Assembly (NCBI GenBank): GCA_963749085.1
Contig: CAVVLG010000003.1
Span: 155,380 to 219,379 of the forward strand
From: Candidatus Adlerbacteria bacterium
Lineage (GTDB): Bacteria; Patescibacteriota; Minisyncoccia; Phycocordibacterales; SBAW01
Reading direction: 5' to 3'
DNA length: 64,000 nucleotides
The translations under genes and the position numbers were made by a program. This document shows positions 46,105 through 56,340 of this stretch, one piece after another (within the stretch, counting starts at the first letter, position 1; each line of letters starts with the position of its first letter). The notes under the pieces were generated by a model that saw only the letters and a list, made by a program, of their open reading frames with translations, was not told the origin of the DNA and made no database searches.

Positions 46105-46575
46105 TTACCACGCGAAATGGGCAAATGCTTTGTTGGCTTCGGCCATGCGATGTGTGTCTTCGCGTTTTTTGACTGCCGAACCTTCGTTGCTTGAAGCCGA
46201 GATTATTTCTGCCGCAAGTTTTTGTGCCATGGGCTTACCCTTGCCGCCCCGCGCGGCAATTAGGATCCAGCGAAAGGCCAACGCCTGCTTGCGCTCGGGG
46301 CGCACTTCGCGCGGCACCTGGTAGTTTGCACCGCCGACTCGGCGCGAACGTATCTCCATTGCGGGACCGACATTGCGAACAGCGGTTTCAAAAAGTTCTA
46401 TCGGATTTTCCGCCTTTGTTTTTTCTTTGATGATGTCAAACGCATCGTAGACCACCTTGCGCGCAGTCGACTTCTTGCCGTCCCACATGACCGAGTTTAT
46501 GAATTTCTCCACGCGAACAGAGTTATATCTCAAATCGGGACCGACTATGTTTCTGTTTTTTACTGGGCGTCGCAT
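46105..46575 (-). CDS. rpsG: 30S ribosomal protein S7
   Basis: S7 profile. Confidence 0.9.
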   Translation of the reverse strand: MRRPVKNRNIVGPDLRYNSVRVEKFINSVMWDGKKSTARKVVYDAFDIIKEKTKAENPIELFETAVRNVGPAMEIRSRRVGGANYQVPREVRPERKQALAFRWILIAARGGKGKPMAQKLAAEIISASSNEGSAVKKREDTHRMAEANKAFAHFAW

Positions 46576-46577
46576 AC

Positions 46578-46985
46578 TTATTTCTTTTTCTTCACTCCAT
46601 AGCGGCTGCGCGACACATTGCGCTTCTCAACCGGAGCGGCGTCCAGGCGTCCACGCACGACTTGATAGCGTACGTTGATGTCCTTCACGCGCCCTGCGCG
46701 TACCATAACGACTGAATGTTCCTGAAGATTGTGGCCTTCGCCGGGGATATAGGCGGTGATTTCCTGCCCGTTGGTAAGGCGAACACGAGCAATTTTGCGG
46801 ATAGCGGAGTTCGGTTTTCGGGGCGTTACAGTCGTCACCTTGGTGCATACGCCGCGCTTAAAGGGAGAGGGGTAATAGACGGGGCGATTCTTAAGTACGT
46901 TGAAACCGCGCGTCAATGCCGGTGAGCGGTCTTTGTGAATTCTGTCTTTGCGTCCTTTGCGGACGAGTTGTGAAATGCGTGCCAT
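46578..46985 (-). CDS. rpsL: 30S ribosomal protein S12
   Basis: [16 protein letters not shown]. Confidence 0.95.
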   Translation of the reverse strand: MARISQLVRKGRKDRIHKDRSPALTRGFNVLKNRPVYYPSPFKRGVCTKVTTVTPRKPNSAIRKIARVRLTNGQEITAYIPGEGHNLQEHSVVMVRAGRVKDINVRYQVVRGRLDAAPVEKRNVSRSRYGVKKKK

Positions 46986-47026
46986 TGGAATTAAAAACGC
47001 GCCCTGCGCGCTGCAGCTAATCTATC

Positions 47027-47710
47027 TTAAAAAGATACTCCTGTCAAAAGCTGAAAAAGTGAGGAGAGGAGGGCCTCAAAATAGGGGGCCAGCAAATAGA
47101 GAACTATTATATAAAGGAGGATACCCGAGAGGAACCCGAGGTGCTCAAAGCTGTTTTTAAAATCATTCCAGCTTTGTGCGAGGCGGCGCGAAAATATAGT
47201 GAAGATGCCGCCGAGCACCTTGGAGCCGTCCAGAAACGGCAGCGGCAACAAGTTAAACATGGCTAGAAGCATATTGATGTACGTTATCGTCGCGAACGCA
47301 TCGATGAGCGGTGTCTCGGGGCCTCCGATAAAGCGAATAGCGAGTCCGAAAATAACGGCGAGCAGGATATTTGTGGCGGGTCCAGCCCCCGCAACCAAGG
47401 CCTCATCATATTCCCCCGGCAAATTGTACGGGTTATATGGCACCGGCTTGGCGTAGCCGATGAGAATCGGCGAGTGCGTAAAAACCAAAATCACCGGCAA
47501 TAAAACGGAGCCTATCGGATCTATGTGAGAGATTGGATTGAGGGTAAGTCTTCCCGCCAGACGCGCGGTTGGATCGCCGAGATAGTTGGCCATATAGCCG
47601 TGCGCTACTTCGTGCAAAATAACGGAGACGATGAGAATGATGAGGGAGAATATGAGAGCCATAGGCCAATTGGCGGATTCAGCAATGTATGATAGCATAT
47701 CGAGGTTCAA
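47027..47710 (-). CDS. Site-2 protease family (M50) zinc metalloprotease
   Basis: HEVAHG zinc motif in TM helix, multi-TM. Confidence 0.65.
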   Translation of the reverse strand: MNLDMLSYIAESANWPMALIFSLIILIVSVILHEVAHGYMANYLGDPTARLAGRLTLNPISHIDPIGSVLLPVILVFTHSPILIGYAKPVPYNPYNLPGEYDEALVAGAGPATNILLAVIFGLAIRFIGGPETPLIDAFATITYINMLLAMFNLLPLPFLDGSKVLGGIFTIFSRRLAQSWNDFKNSFEHLGFLSGILLYIIVLYLLAPYFEALLSSLFQLLTGVSF

Positions 47711-47721
47711 AAAAATTCTCT

Positions 47722-47964
47722 ATGGCAAAGATTTGTCCAATAACCAACAAGGGCTCAAAAGTCGCCGGCCGCTACAGTAACCGCGTGCGCGCGACTAAAT
47801 TCAACCCGAGCGGCAATGTCCGTAAACAACCTAACCTTCAGAAAAAGCGCATCTTCGTGCCAGAGCTTAACCGCCATGTCACGCTGACGCTCTCCACCCA
47901 GGGCATCAAGACGATAGCCAAGAACGGCGCGTATAAGACGCTGAAGAAAGCTGGCGTTATTTAA
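47722..47964 (+). CDS. rpmB: 50S ribosomal protein L28
   Basis: MAKICPITNKGSKVAGRYSNRVRATK. Confidence 0.8.
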   Translation: MAKICPITNKGSKVAGRYSNRVRATKFNPSGNVRKQPNLQKKRIFVPELNRHVTLTLSTQGIKTIAKNGAYKTLKKAGVI

Positions 47965-47974
47965 TCTCGTAAAA

Positions 47975-48005
47975 AAGACCGCCCCCAATTGGAGGCGGTT
48001 GTTAC
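47975..48005. terminator. Bidirectional intrinsic terminator (accgcccccaattggaggcggt)
   Basis: A-run upstream and T-rich downstream; between rpmB (+) and small minus-strand ORFs. Confidence 0.5.
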
Positions 48006-48032
48006 ACGCAGATTTATCCGCTTCACTCTGCG

Positions 48033-48143
48033 GTAGAAACGCGGATGTCTTTATCTCGCTCCTTGTAGTTGACCAGCCGATAGATAAGACAAGCGATAGC
48101 CGCGACGACGAGTACGACGAGAATTGTTTTCATGACAGTATCC
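48033..48143 (-). CDS. Candidate 36-aa single-TM peptide MKTILVVLVVAAIACLIYRLVNYKERDKDIRVSTAE
   Basis: Below ORF-track cutoff; AAAGGGGA RBS-like upstream; hydrophobic. Confidence 0.3.
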
Positions 48144-48166
48144 CCTTTGAGGCTAAGGTGGAAGCA

Positions 48167-48304
48167 TCATCTGCGAGTGAATGCGGCGACCGGGAAGAGC
48201 CATTGGCGAATGGCCACCCGGTACGCGTAGATGAACACAGCTCCTGCACCCCCCGCGAACAGAAGAAGCTTTGAGATTTCGTGCATGTGGTGATGAACAC
48301 CCAT
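48167..48304 (-). CDS. Candidate 45-aa membrane peptide MGVHHHMHEISKLLLFAGGAGAVFIYAYRVAIRQWLFPVAAFTRR
   Basis: GGAGGA RBS 8 nt upstream of ATG; tandem with 48033-48143 ORF. Confidence 0.35.
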   Translation of the reverse strand: MGVHHHMHEISKLLLFAGGAGAVFIYAYRVAIRQWLFPVAAFTRR

Positions 48305-48448
48305 GACATTTCCTCCTGCGTTTTCTTTCTTTCAATTTCCGAGGCTATGGTAACAAAAATAAGCTAAACAATCAATAAAAGAGCGGGCGTGGAGTTTACA
48401 TCATAAAAAAAGACCCCGAGGATAAGCCGGGGTCTTCTGCTTGGAAAA

Positions 48449-48799
48449 TCACGTTAGGTGTGACGCCGACTTCATGGTATTGATTGGCTGTTTCGGGGAC
48501 GGATCAACTAGCAGTCTCGACTTGCCGACCACAGCGGCGTTTAGAGGCTGCTTGTTGCCCTTGAGCGACCGATTCACTTCTTGGGCTGGAGCCTGTTGAA
48601 TGAAAACCGGGGCCGACGTGCCCATGAACTTCCAACCGAACACCACTGCGCCCGCAGCTACTTGCCTCACCTGCATTAGCAGCAAGTTCTCGAGCACTTT
48701 CGGAGCAACGACCAGAACCGATGCTATTGCGGCTGAGATGACAACCGCCATTACACCGCGACGAACCATACTTGCATTCCACATTGTGAGCCCTCCCAA
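48449..48799 (-). CDS. Hypothetical membrane protein
   Basis: N-terminal TM helix; no family. Confidence 0.35.
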   Translation of the reverse strand: MGGLTMWNASMVRRGVMAVVISAAIASVLVVAPKVLENLLLMQVRQVAAGAVVFGWKFMGTSAPVFIQQAPAQEVNRSLKGNKQPLNAAVVGKSRLLVDPSPKQPINTMKSASHLT

Positions 48800-48902
48800 G
48801 GCTTACTTTATCTTTCAAGAGTATGGCACAAATATGGTAAATTGCAAGCAGCCTGTGTATTCACGAAATATTTCCTTATTAATGTTAGTATTTTAGATAG
48901 CT

Positions 48903-49496
48903 ATGGAATACCAAGAAAAAAAGTTTTTGCTGCCCGAGCTTGAGGGCATTTCAAAAAAGTCGGTTGAGGAGCATTTGGGACTCTATGCGGGGTACGTCAA
49001 AAATTTCAACGCGATAAGTGCGACTATTGAGGGTCTTTTGTCCGATCCGGAGAAGAACGCACTTGCGATAGCGGAACTGCGGCGCCGACATTCCTTTGAA
49101 TTCGACGGGATGAAACTCCACGAGTTGTATTTCCCTCAATTTGAGGGGGGCGCCAAGGCGCTTACCGCAGATTCCGCACTGGGAGCGGCCCTTATCAAGC
49201 ACTGGGACAACACTCAGACAGCAACAGAGCGCCTGTGGCAGACTGGCATGATGCGTGGACCCGGCTGGTCAATTCTCTACTACAATCCTGAAAACGGCAT
49301 GTTCCATATGGGATTCGTGGGCGAGCAGCACCAGGGGCATTTTGCAACCTTGCCCATCATAGTGGCGCTCGATGTGTGGGAGCACGCCTTTTTGCTCGAT
49401 TACGGGGCTCAGGGCAAGGGTAAATACATAGACGCTTTCTTCAAAAACCTCAATTGGGGATCGATCGAGGCTCGGTTTGAGGCAGTGAGGAAATAG
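48903..49496 (+). CDS. sodA: Fe/Mn superoxide dismutase
   Basis: DVWEHAF, metal-ligand His/Asp pattern. Confidence 0.85.
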   Translation: MEYQEKKFLLPELEGISKKSVEEHLGLYAGYVKNFNAISATIEGLLSDPEKNALAIAELRRRHSFEFDGMKLHELYFPQFEGGAKALTADSALGAALIKHWDNTQTATERLWQTGMMRGPGWSILYYNPENGMFHMGFVGEQHQGHFATLPIIVALDVWEHAFLLDYGAQGKGKYIDAFFKNLNWGSIEARFEAVRK

Positions 49497-49730
49497 AAGA
49501 GTTACTCCTCGGCTAGAAGTGGCGTCGGAGACTTTTTTCGCTCACGGAGAATTTTACTGCACAGTTGTTGTCGCCACTTCAGTCGTAGACGAAGCAGGTT
49601 GTGTTTGACTTTGTGTAATAGCCTCAACGATAACCGCGCGGGTTGAGGTGCCTTATGAAGCTTCCGGGTCACTAGGGTATTTTCTAAAATGAGACAAATA
49701 AGACGATCCAGCGTGTCTTATAAGCATGTC

Positions 49731-50036
49731 TCATTTTCTAGCTCTTCTACTGAGCACAAACTTCTGCGAAGGGCTTAATGTCTTACCCTTCCGGTGAACG
49801 CAGCCATACCAACAGCAGGGACGACGCATTCCTTCCTTAAGTTCCGAGACGACTCTGTCGACATGCTCCTTCCTCTTCTCTGGGGTTTTAACGGAGATAG
49901 TCCAACAAATCCATTCGTTGCGCGAGAGCGGAGTAATGTCTTCCCAAGCCGCCAGAGCTTTACGATCGGACAATAAAGCTTTCCGCAAGTCTGTCGGTAG
50001 CTCATGTGCGACGCCACCGGAAATTTTTCTGCTCAT
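49731..50036 (-). CDS. YdeI/OmdA-family small protein
   Basis: LRKALLSDRKALAAWEDITPLSRNEWICWI. Confidence 0.5.
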   Translation of the reverse strand: MSRKISGGVAHELPTDLRKALLSDRKALAAWEDITPLSRNEWICWTISVKTPEKRKEHVDRVVSELKEGMRRPCCWYGCVHRKGKTLSPSQKFVLSRRARK

Positions 50037-50127
50037 AAGTTTATTATACGCTTCACAACAAAATATCCCAAGGCCCTCGGGTCTGTCCGATACAAAAGTC
50101 TTCAGGCGGTGTCTTCGAGATTCGAAC

Positions 50128-50553
50128 TTATTTCAAGCCTTTATCTATCGCTTCATTCACCAATCTATCGGCCTCGGCATTCTTCTCACGATAGACGTGT
50201 GAAAATATCATATTAGGAAAGTCTTCAAGCCGTAGCTGGGCTATGTGCGCAAACTTTTCTTTTAACATAGGCTCCTTAACTTTATACACCCCACTCAGCT
50301 GCCGCACCACGAGCTCGCTGTCCATCCTCACTTCAAATCGTATATCGCGTACCTTCGTCCCAAACATTTTTTTTACTTCCTTAAGCGCGCGAATAAGCGC
50401 CTCGTACTCCGCCACGTTATTCGTCTGCTCTCCGATATATTCGGAAATTTCTTTCAGCACTTTTCCCCTTTCATTTAAAATGACGGCGCCGATGCCGGCC
50501 GGTCCCGGATTTCCCCTCGCTCCCCCGTCGGTGTAAAGAATAATTCGCTCCAT
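50128..50553 (-). CDS. rnhA: Ribonuclease HI
   Basis: YTDGGARGNPGPAGIG, NNVAEYEAL, ..ADRLVNEA. Confidence 0.8.
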   Translation of the reverse strand: MERIILYTDGGARGNPGPAGIGAVILNERGKVLKEISEYIGEQTNNVAEYEALIRALKEVKKMFGTKVRDIRFEVRMDSELVVRQLSGVYKVKEPMLKEKFAHIAQLRLEDFPNMIFSHVYREKNAEADRLVNEAIDKGLK

Positions 50554-50554
50554 A

Positions 50555-52228
50555 TCAAATGACATCGACAATGCGGATCCGAGGAGAACCCCTCCAATCC
50601 AGTTCGACGTGGCCGACCACATCGACGCGGGCGCCCTGTTCTATCTTTTTTTGAAACGAGTCCAGGGTCGAGAAAAAGGCGATGCCTTTAATACGTGCAT
50701 CAATAAACCCAAGTTCAGTCGAAGCATCGCTTATACTCACCTCAAGATGATTATTCGTTTTGCCGAAGGTGCGCACACTGCCGACGGAGACATTTGAAAA
50801 TATAAAAAGAGGTTTTTCATTGCCGATGCCGAACGGCGCGAGCTTCCTTACATCGCGCATGGCGTGGGGCACGTCGGCCAATTGCATTTGCCTATCAACG
50901 ACAATTTCCATCTCCTTGCTCGCTGACGTGGATAATTTTTCGTAAGCACTTTGCAAACGAGTGGGGAGCTCGTGCACCTTCTCCTGCGTCAAAGAAAATC
51001 CCCCGGCACCCTGGTGTCCGCCGAACTCGGCAAACACGTCGCTCACTTCCTGCATGCACGCAACGACATTTAAAATACCGTCGGAACGACACGATCCTTT
51101 TATATCTTCGCCTCCCTCGCGCCCCCACAAAAAAACGGGTTTGCCGTGTGTCTCAACCAAAGCGCTTGCCACCAGTCCCAATATTCCCGGCCGCCAATTG
51201 GGATTGCCGAGTACGATAATGGGGCTTGGCATGCTGCCCGACGCAAGGCGTTTGTTCGCTTCCTTGACCGTCGCGGCGACAACGCCTTTGCGTTCATCGT
51301 TGAGTGTCTGCAATTGCTGAGCCAGACGCTCCGCCTCCTCTCTCTCTGTAGCCGCAAGCAAGTGCGCGGCGGTCGAAGGACTTCCCATTCTCGAGGCGGC
51401 GTTGATACGGGGCGAAATCATAAATCCGATGTCATCCTCGGTGAGCGCTCGGGGTTCAATGCGAAGCATCCGCAGAAGCGCGTTTAATCCCGGACGCCGC
51501 GCTCGGCGCATGACGGTGAGACCGAAGTGCGCGAGCATGCGGTTCTCCCCTACGAGCGGCACCATGTCGGAAAGGGTCGCAATGCCGACCAAATCGAGCA
51601 GCCATTTTTCCTGTCCCTCAGGAGTAGTGAACGCATTCGTTAGAAGAATTGCCTGTACTAACTTCCAGGCGACCCCTGCGCCGCATAGACCGTCAAACGG
51701 ATATTTCGAATCCACGCGTTTGGGATTTATCACGGCATAGGCGGGGGGCAGATCATGAGCGACCAGGTGATGATCCGTCACAATGACATCGATATGTTTA
51801 TCCCTCGCGTAGGCGATGCCCGCGTGCTCGCTCGTGCCAAGGTCGATGGTGATAATGAGGGTGACGCCAAGCGACGCGAGCTCCTCTATTCCTTCAGTAT
51901 TCAATCCGTAGCCTTCCGCGTACCGGTGCGGAATATAGTGTGTGACCGATACACCTAGACCGCGCAAAAACTCACTGAGCATGACGCCGCCCGGGATGCC
52001 GTCGCAGTCATAATCGCTCCACACCGCCACCTGCTCACTGTTTTTCGACGCAGCGACGATGCGCTCAACCGCCCGTTTCATGTCGGGGAGAAGATAGGGA
52101 TCATGGCTGTCGCGCACAAAATCAGGTTCCAGAAACTTCTCCGCGTCACTCTGCGCTATACCGCGTGCCTGGAGCAAATCGTTGAGAAGTTCTTCGTGTG
52201 CTCGCTCCCGGAGTCGGTACTTTTTCAT
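50555..52228 (-). CDS. recJ: Single-stranded-DNA-specific exonuclease RecJ
   Basis: DHH motifs DYDCDGI, ITIDLG, VTDHH; DHHA1 domain. Confidence 0.8.
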   Translation of the reverse strand: MKKYRLRERAHEELLNDLLQARGIAQSDAEKFLEPDFVRDSHDPYLLPDMKRAVERIVAASKNSEQVAVWSDYDCDGIPGGVMLSEFLRGLGVSVTHYIPHRYAEGYGLNTEGIEELASLGVTLIITIDLGTSEHAGIAYARDKHIDVIVTDHHLVAHDLPPAYAVINPKRVDSKYPFDGLCGAGVAWKLVQAILLTNAFTTPEGQEKWLLDLVGIATLSDMVPLVGENRMLAHFGLTVMRRARRPGLNALLRMLRIEPRALTEDDIGFMISPRINAASRMGSPSTAAHLLAATEREEAERLAQQLQTLNDERKGVVAATVKEANKRLASGSMPSPIIVLGNPNWRPGILGLVASALVETHGKPVFLWGREGGEDIKGSCRSDGILNVVACMQEVSDVFAEFGGHQGAGGFSLTQEKVHELPTRLQSAYEKLSTSASKEMEIVVDRQMQLADVPHAMRDVRKLAPFGIGNEKPLFIFSNVSVGSVRTFGKTNNHLEVSISDASTELGFIDARIKGIAFFSTLDSFQKKIEQGARVDVVGHVELDWRGSPRIRIVDVI

Positions 52229-52249
52229 CAAAATAAGTATACTAGAGGA

Positions 52250-52660
52250 ATGGGGAACTGTATCTTCTGCAAAATAGTCGGAGGCGAGATACCCTCGTAC
52301 AAAATCTATGAGGACAAAGACACGTTCGCATTCCTTGATATCCATCCAGTCAATCCAGGTCACACGTTAGTCATACCGAAGGCCCATTCGTATAACATCC
52401 TCGATATTGACCCAAAAGACTGGCTCGCTGTTTCAGATACGGTACGAAAGATATCCCGCATACTGCACGACGCCATCCAGGCCGACGGCATTAACTTGCA
52501 AATGAACAACCGAGAACATGCGGGACAGGTTGTCGATCACCCTCATGTGCACGTGATTCCGCGTTACAAAGGAGACGGCCTCCCCCACTGGCCCGGCAAA
52601 ACGTACAAAGCAGGCGAAGCGGAGGAACTACTGAAGAAAATACAAGCGGTAATGAAATAA
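52250..52660 (+). CDS. HIT-family (histidine triad) nucleotide hydrolase
   Basis: HPHVHVIPR; AGAGGA RBS; start 21 nt from divergent recJ start. Confidence 0.8.
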   Translation: MGNCIFCKIVGGEIPSYKIYEDKDTFAFLDIHPVNPGHTLVIPKAHSYNILDIDPKDWLAVSDTVRKISRILHDAIQADGINLQMNNREHAGQVVDHPHVHVIPRYKGDGLPHWPGKTYKAGEAEELLKKIQAVMK

Positions 52661-52668
52661 AAATCCGT

Positions 52669-53646
52669 TTATTCCTTCTCCTTCAAGACTTCTATACCTG
52701 GCAACGTGCCTGCCACCAAAAACTCAAGTGCGGCTCCCCCGCCGGTTGAGATAAAGATTTTCTGAAGATCAAACGAGAATGTGGCGAGCGCCGCCGCCGT
52801 ATCTCCGCCGCCGATAACCGCCCTGATGCCGAAATCCACTAATGCTTGCGCCAGCGCATGGGTACCTTCGGCATAGCCTTTTTCATACCAACCAACGGGA
52901 CCATCCCATAGTACAAAGGAGGCATGCTGAATCTCTCGCACCCACGCATCCTTTGTGCGAGGACCGATATCAAACATCTCCTTAAATTGCGGTACGCCAT
53001 CTTCAGGCAACAGTACATTGGATGCGGGCTTTTGGAGAAGTTCATTGGCAAGTGCGCCGCCCACGAGTACTTTGCTATATATACGTGATAATTTGTCGAT
53101 GAGTGGAAGTTTCGTTTCAAATTTATTGCCTCCGATGATTGCGAGCGAGGGAGTCGGCGGAGTGAGCGCTTGCGAAAGATTGGCGATTTCTTTCTCAACT
53201 AGAAGCCCGGCGTAGGCAGGCAAGAAGTTTGTGATGCCTACTATCGAAGCGTGCGAGCGGTGCAGTGCGGCGAATGCGTCATTGACAAATATATCCGCCT
53301 GCGCGGCAAGGATTCGTGCAAACGCGGGATCGTTTGCTTCTTCGCCCGGGTTAAAGCGCAAATTCTCGAGCATTTCGATATTCGTCGTATCAATGAGCCC
53401 TTGCAGATGTTTAAAGATAGGCTTGGTGCTGAGATCTGGCACGACTGTGCCGTTGGGACGACCCACGTGGGTCGCCAACACAATTGTAGCCACCCTATGC
53501 TCACGCAGGAGCGCGATGGTTGGGAGCGTTGCCCGAATACGCGAATCATCTCTGACTACTCCATCTTTAAGGGGTACATCGTAATCAACACGCAGGAACA
53601 CGCGCTTACCTTCCACCGGTGCTTGTTCTATGGACCTTATTTGCAT
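52669..53646 (-). CDS. pgk: Phosphoglycerate kinase (short form, 325 aa)
   Basis: VFLRVDYDVPL, RFNPGEE, Gly-rich ATP site. Confidence 0.8.
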   Translation of the reverse strand: MQIRSIEQAPVEGKRVFLRVDYDVPLKDGVVRDDSRIRATLPTIALLREHRVATIVLATHVGRPNGTVVPDLSTKPIFKHLQGLIDTTNIEMLENLRFNPGEEANDPAFARILAAQADIFVNDAFAALHRSHASIVGITNFLPAYAGLLVEKEIANLSQALTPPTPSLAIIGGNKFETKLPLIDKLSRIYSKVLVGGALANELLQKPASNVLLPEDGVPQFKEMFDIGPRTKDAWVREIQHASFVLWDGPVGWYEKGYAEGTHALAQALVDFGIRAVIGGGDTAAALATFSFDLQKIFISTGGGAALEFLVAGTLPGIEVLKEKE

Positions 53647-54395
53647 CGTGTGAGAATGCCCATAAACGAATCCAGCTGCGCGCTTGCGTGTCCCACCAAA
53701 AAACCGTTTACATTCCCTTCGGTGATGAGGACGTGGGCATTGTCGGGCTCAACCGAGCCCCCATAGAGTAGGGGGACGCGCATTGCAATCTTGCGCTCGA
53801 ACATATCCGTCAACGTTTTTTTAATAAAGATACTCATCTCACGCACGTCATGCGGCTTCATCGCGTCCTCGGCACTTTTGCCTATAGCCCAGACCGGCTC
53901 GTAGGCGATGACCAGTTTCGAAGGAGATAGTTTCGGAATCTGTTTGAGAGCCGAGGAGAGTTGCGCTTCAACAAATGAAAAGTGGGCGCCTCCGGCGTCG
54001 CGCTCTGCCTCACCGACGCATAAAATGGAGGTAAGGCCCGCAGCGGCGACCGAACGGAGCTCCTCGTGGACCATAGCATTGGACTCTCCCGCCGCGCGAC
54101 GCTCGGAATGGCCCACAATGACGAAAGAGGCTCCTGCTTGTTTGAGCATCGGGGCAGACACTTCGCCTGTGTGCTTCTCTCCAGCAAAAGAAGAAGCCGC
54201 TTGGGCGCCGACTTTTATCGACGAGCCTTTAAGCGCCGTCGCGACCGCGGGTATAAGAGGATGCGGAGGAGCCAGTACGACGTCAACGCCGTTGAATGCG
54301 CGGCCCTTTTTGCGCAACGCAGCGGCAAATGCCCTTGCCTCCTCGGGAGACTCTATGTACATCTTCCAATTCCCGACCACGAGGCGCTTGGACAT
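53637..54395 (-). CDS. tpiA: Triosephosphate isomerase
   Basis: VGNWKM, VGHSERR, AYEPVWAIG. Confidence 0.85.
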   Translation of the reverse strand: MSKRLVVGNWKMYIESPEEARAFAAALRKKGRAFNGVDVVLAPPHPLIPAVATALKGSSIKVGAQAASSFAGEKHTGEVSAPMLKQAGASFVIVGHSERRAAGESNAMVHEELRSVAAAGLTSILCVGEAERDAGGAHFSFVEAQLSSALKQIPKLSPSKLVIAYEPVWAIGKSAEDAMKPHDVREMSIFIKKTLTDMFERKIAMRVPLLYGGSVEPDNAHVLITEGNVNGFLVGHASAQLDSFMGILTRCK

Positions 54396-54415
54396 GCCAA
54401 AACTATACCACCCCC

Positions 54416-55861
54416 TTACTCGCTCGCCAGTTTTATGATTTCCTCGAGGCTGGTAAGACCTTGTACAACTTTAAAAAGACCGTCTTCCAGTAGAGTGAGG
54501 CCGCTAGACCACTTGTCGTTGATTTCCTGCAAACCGATCATCCCTTGGAATCCGTCTTCGCACCTATCACACCCATGGGGCCGGTATATCTGCAGCTCTT
54601 TCCATTGTGTATCCTGCGGCATAATCTCTTCCTCCTTTAATGAAGCGAGCACTGCGCCGAAATCAATCACGTTCTCGAGGACAGAGAGTTCACTGCGCGA
54701 TGGTTTATATGCTTCTGTGCATTGTAGGCAGAGTTTTTTAACGAGGCGCTGGTATATGAGCACGTCTGCCTGCTCAACTACCGCAGGATCCTCAGCCGCT
54801 CCGAGCATAAATACGCCGCGTTTTGTCGCCTGAGACATCAACGCCGCCACATCGCTCGATTCGATATCGCCAACCATCACAACATCGGGGTCGGTGCGGA
54901 GGATGGCACGCAAGCCCGCGAGCATGGAGAGCCCGATATCGCGACGCGTGCGCGTTTGCGCCACCTGCGGCAGTCGATATTCGATATGGTTCTCTATCGT
55001 CGCGAGAGCGAGATGCGGAGCGCTTAAGATATCGAGCAGGGTGTAGAGCATCGTGGTTTTGCCACTTCCGGTTGGCCCGCACACCGCCAAAAATTGCGAT
55101 TTCTTATCTAGCAATTCCTGCACGTGCTCGAGCCCTTCGCCATGAAATCCGAGCGAACGCAGGTTGAAGCCCGTCTGGCCTTGCTTTTCGTGCGACAGCC
55201 GCAGATGTACTTTTTCTCCTGCGGCAGTTGGCACGGTAGATATATGGACGGTAACTATCTCATCGCCATGTTCTACTTTAAATCTGCCTTCTTGAAACGC
55301 AGACGGGAGGGCAAATAACCGAGCGAGCGATTTTAGGCGCTCTGAAATCTTCTCGCCGACATCCTGAGGCAAGCGCATTGCCTCGTGAAGTGCTCCTTGT
55401 ATACGGTAGCGAACCAGCATGCCCGCCGCGGCTGGTTCCAGATGTATGTGCGTGGCCTGGCTGTAGAGCGCGTGGCGCAGCAAGGAGTCAGCAGCTTCCA
55501 CTCCCCGCTCCACCATGCCGGAGAATTTCTCCTTCAGTTTTTTCTGGTACACCAAGAGCGCCCGTTTTATCGAGTCGCGGTCGGTTAGACGCGTCTTAAC
55601 TTTTATCTGTGCCTGCAAAAAATCAAGAGCGGGAAGGTCGGCAATATCGAGAAGCGCAACTTCGACTTCCTCTTCTCCCCTGCGATATGCGACGACGTTG
55701 CGGGAGCGCGAAAGCGGCTCGGGAATAAGTTCGAGGACATCGGGGTGAATATCCTCTCGTGTAAGGATGACGAACGGAATGCCGAGCGCAAGGGCGCTCT
55801 CACGCCGCATTTCATCTTCACTTAAAAAATCGCTTTTTAGCCAACCTATCTCCTTCTCCAT
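54416..55861 (-). CDS. Type IV pilus / type II secretion assembly ATPase (PilB/GspE family)
   Basis: VCGPTGSGKTT Walker A, Asp and His boxes, tetra-Cys motif; TAGGAGAA RBS; start trimmed to MEKEIGWL. Confidence 0.8.
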   Translation of the reverse strand: MEKEIGWLKSDFLSEDEMRRESALALGIPFVILTREDIHPDVLELIPEPLSRSRNVVAYRRGEEEVEVALLDIADLPALDFLQAQIKVKTRLTDRDSIKRALLVYQKKLKEKFSGMVERGVEAADSLLRHALYSQATHIHLEPAAAGMLVRYRIQGALHEAMRLPQDVGEKISERLKSLARLFALPSAFQEGRFKVEHGDEIVTVHISTVPTAAGEKVHLRLSHEKQGQTGFNLRSLGFHGEGLEHVQELLDKKSQFLAVCGPTGSGKTTMLYTLLDILSAPHLALATIENHIEYRLPQVAQTRTRRDIGLSMLAGLRAILRTDPDVVMVGDIESSDVAALMSQATKRGVFMLGAAEDPAVVEQADVLIYQRLVKKLCLQCTEAYKPSRSELSVLENVIDFGAVLASLKEEEIMPQDTQWKELQIYRPHGCDRCEDGFQGMIGLQEINDKWSSGLTLLEDGLFKVVQGLTSLEEIIKLASE

Positions 55862-56027
55862 TTCTCCTATTATATATGACAGGGTTAGATATGAGTGGCA
55901 TGAGATAGGTTCGAGCGGACTGTAGATATGAGAAAACATCCACATTCTCTAAGCTTGACCCGTATATAAAGACGGCGTTAACTTAGGGTAGTTTTCTCCC
56001 CTCGGTCTTTCACAGAAAGGCACCACC

Positions 56028-56225
56028 ATGGTCAGCGAGGACTTCAGGCGTCAACTGCAAGGATACGGACTCACGACCGCAAATATCCTCTACCGCAGGC
56101 CAGACCACCTATGGCTCCTCCAGAGCTATGTTTGGCAGGATTATGACCTCTGTCCATCCTTTCCTCAGCTGAATAAATTCTCGATTTCTGGCTGGAGAAA
56201 CTTGAAGGCCCACTTCACTCAATGA
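56028..56225 (+). CDS. Usg-like small protein
   Basis: ILYRRPDHLWLLQSYVWQDYD motif; followed by terminator 56312-56340. Confidence 0.4.
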   Translation: MVSEDFRRQLQGYGLTTANILYRRPDHLWLLQSYVWQDYDLCPSFPQLNKFSISGWRNLKAHFTQ

Positions 56226-56311
56226 CGGTAGCTCACGCACGGCTCATCAAGCCAGCCGAAATCCGCGCCGTTGATGGCGAGTTCCGGCTCCACTGATTTC
56301 GATACTCCACA

Positions 56312-56340
56312 GCCACTCCTCAGGAGTGGCTTTTCCTTTC
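56312..56340 (+). terminator. Rho-independent terminator
   Basis: gccactcctcaggagtggc plus ttttcctttc. Confidence 0.65.

Noticed and set aside
47999-48274. Plus-strand 91-aa ORF
   Set aside because: It has acidic low-complexity content and no RBS. The opposite strand encodes two small hydrophobic ORFs with good RBSs, which are preferred.
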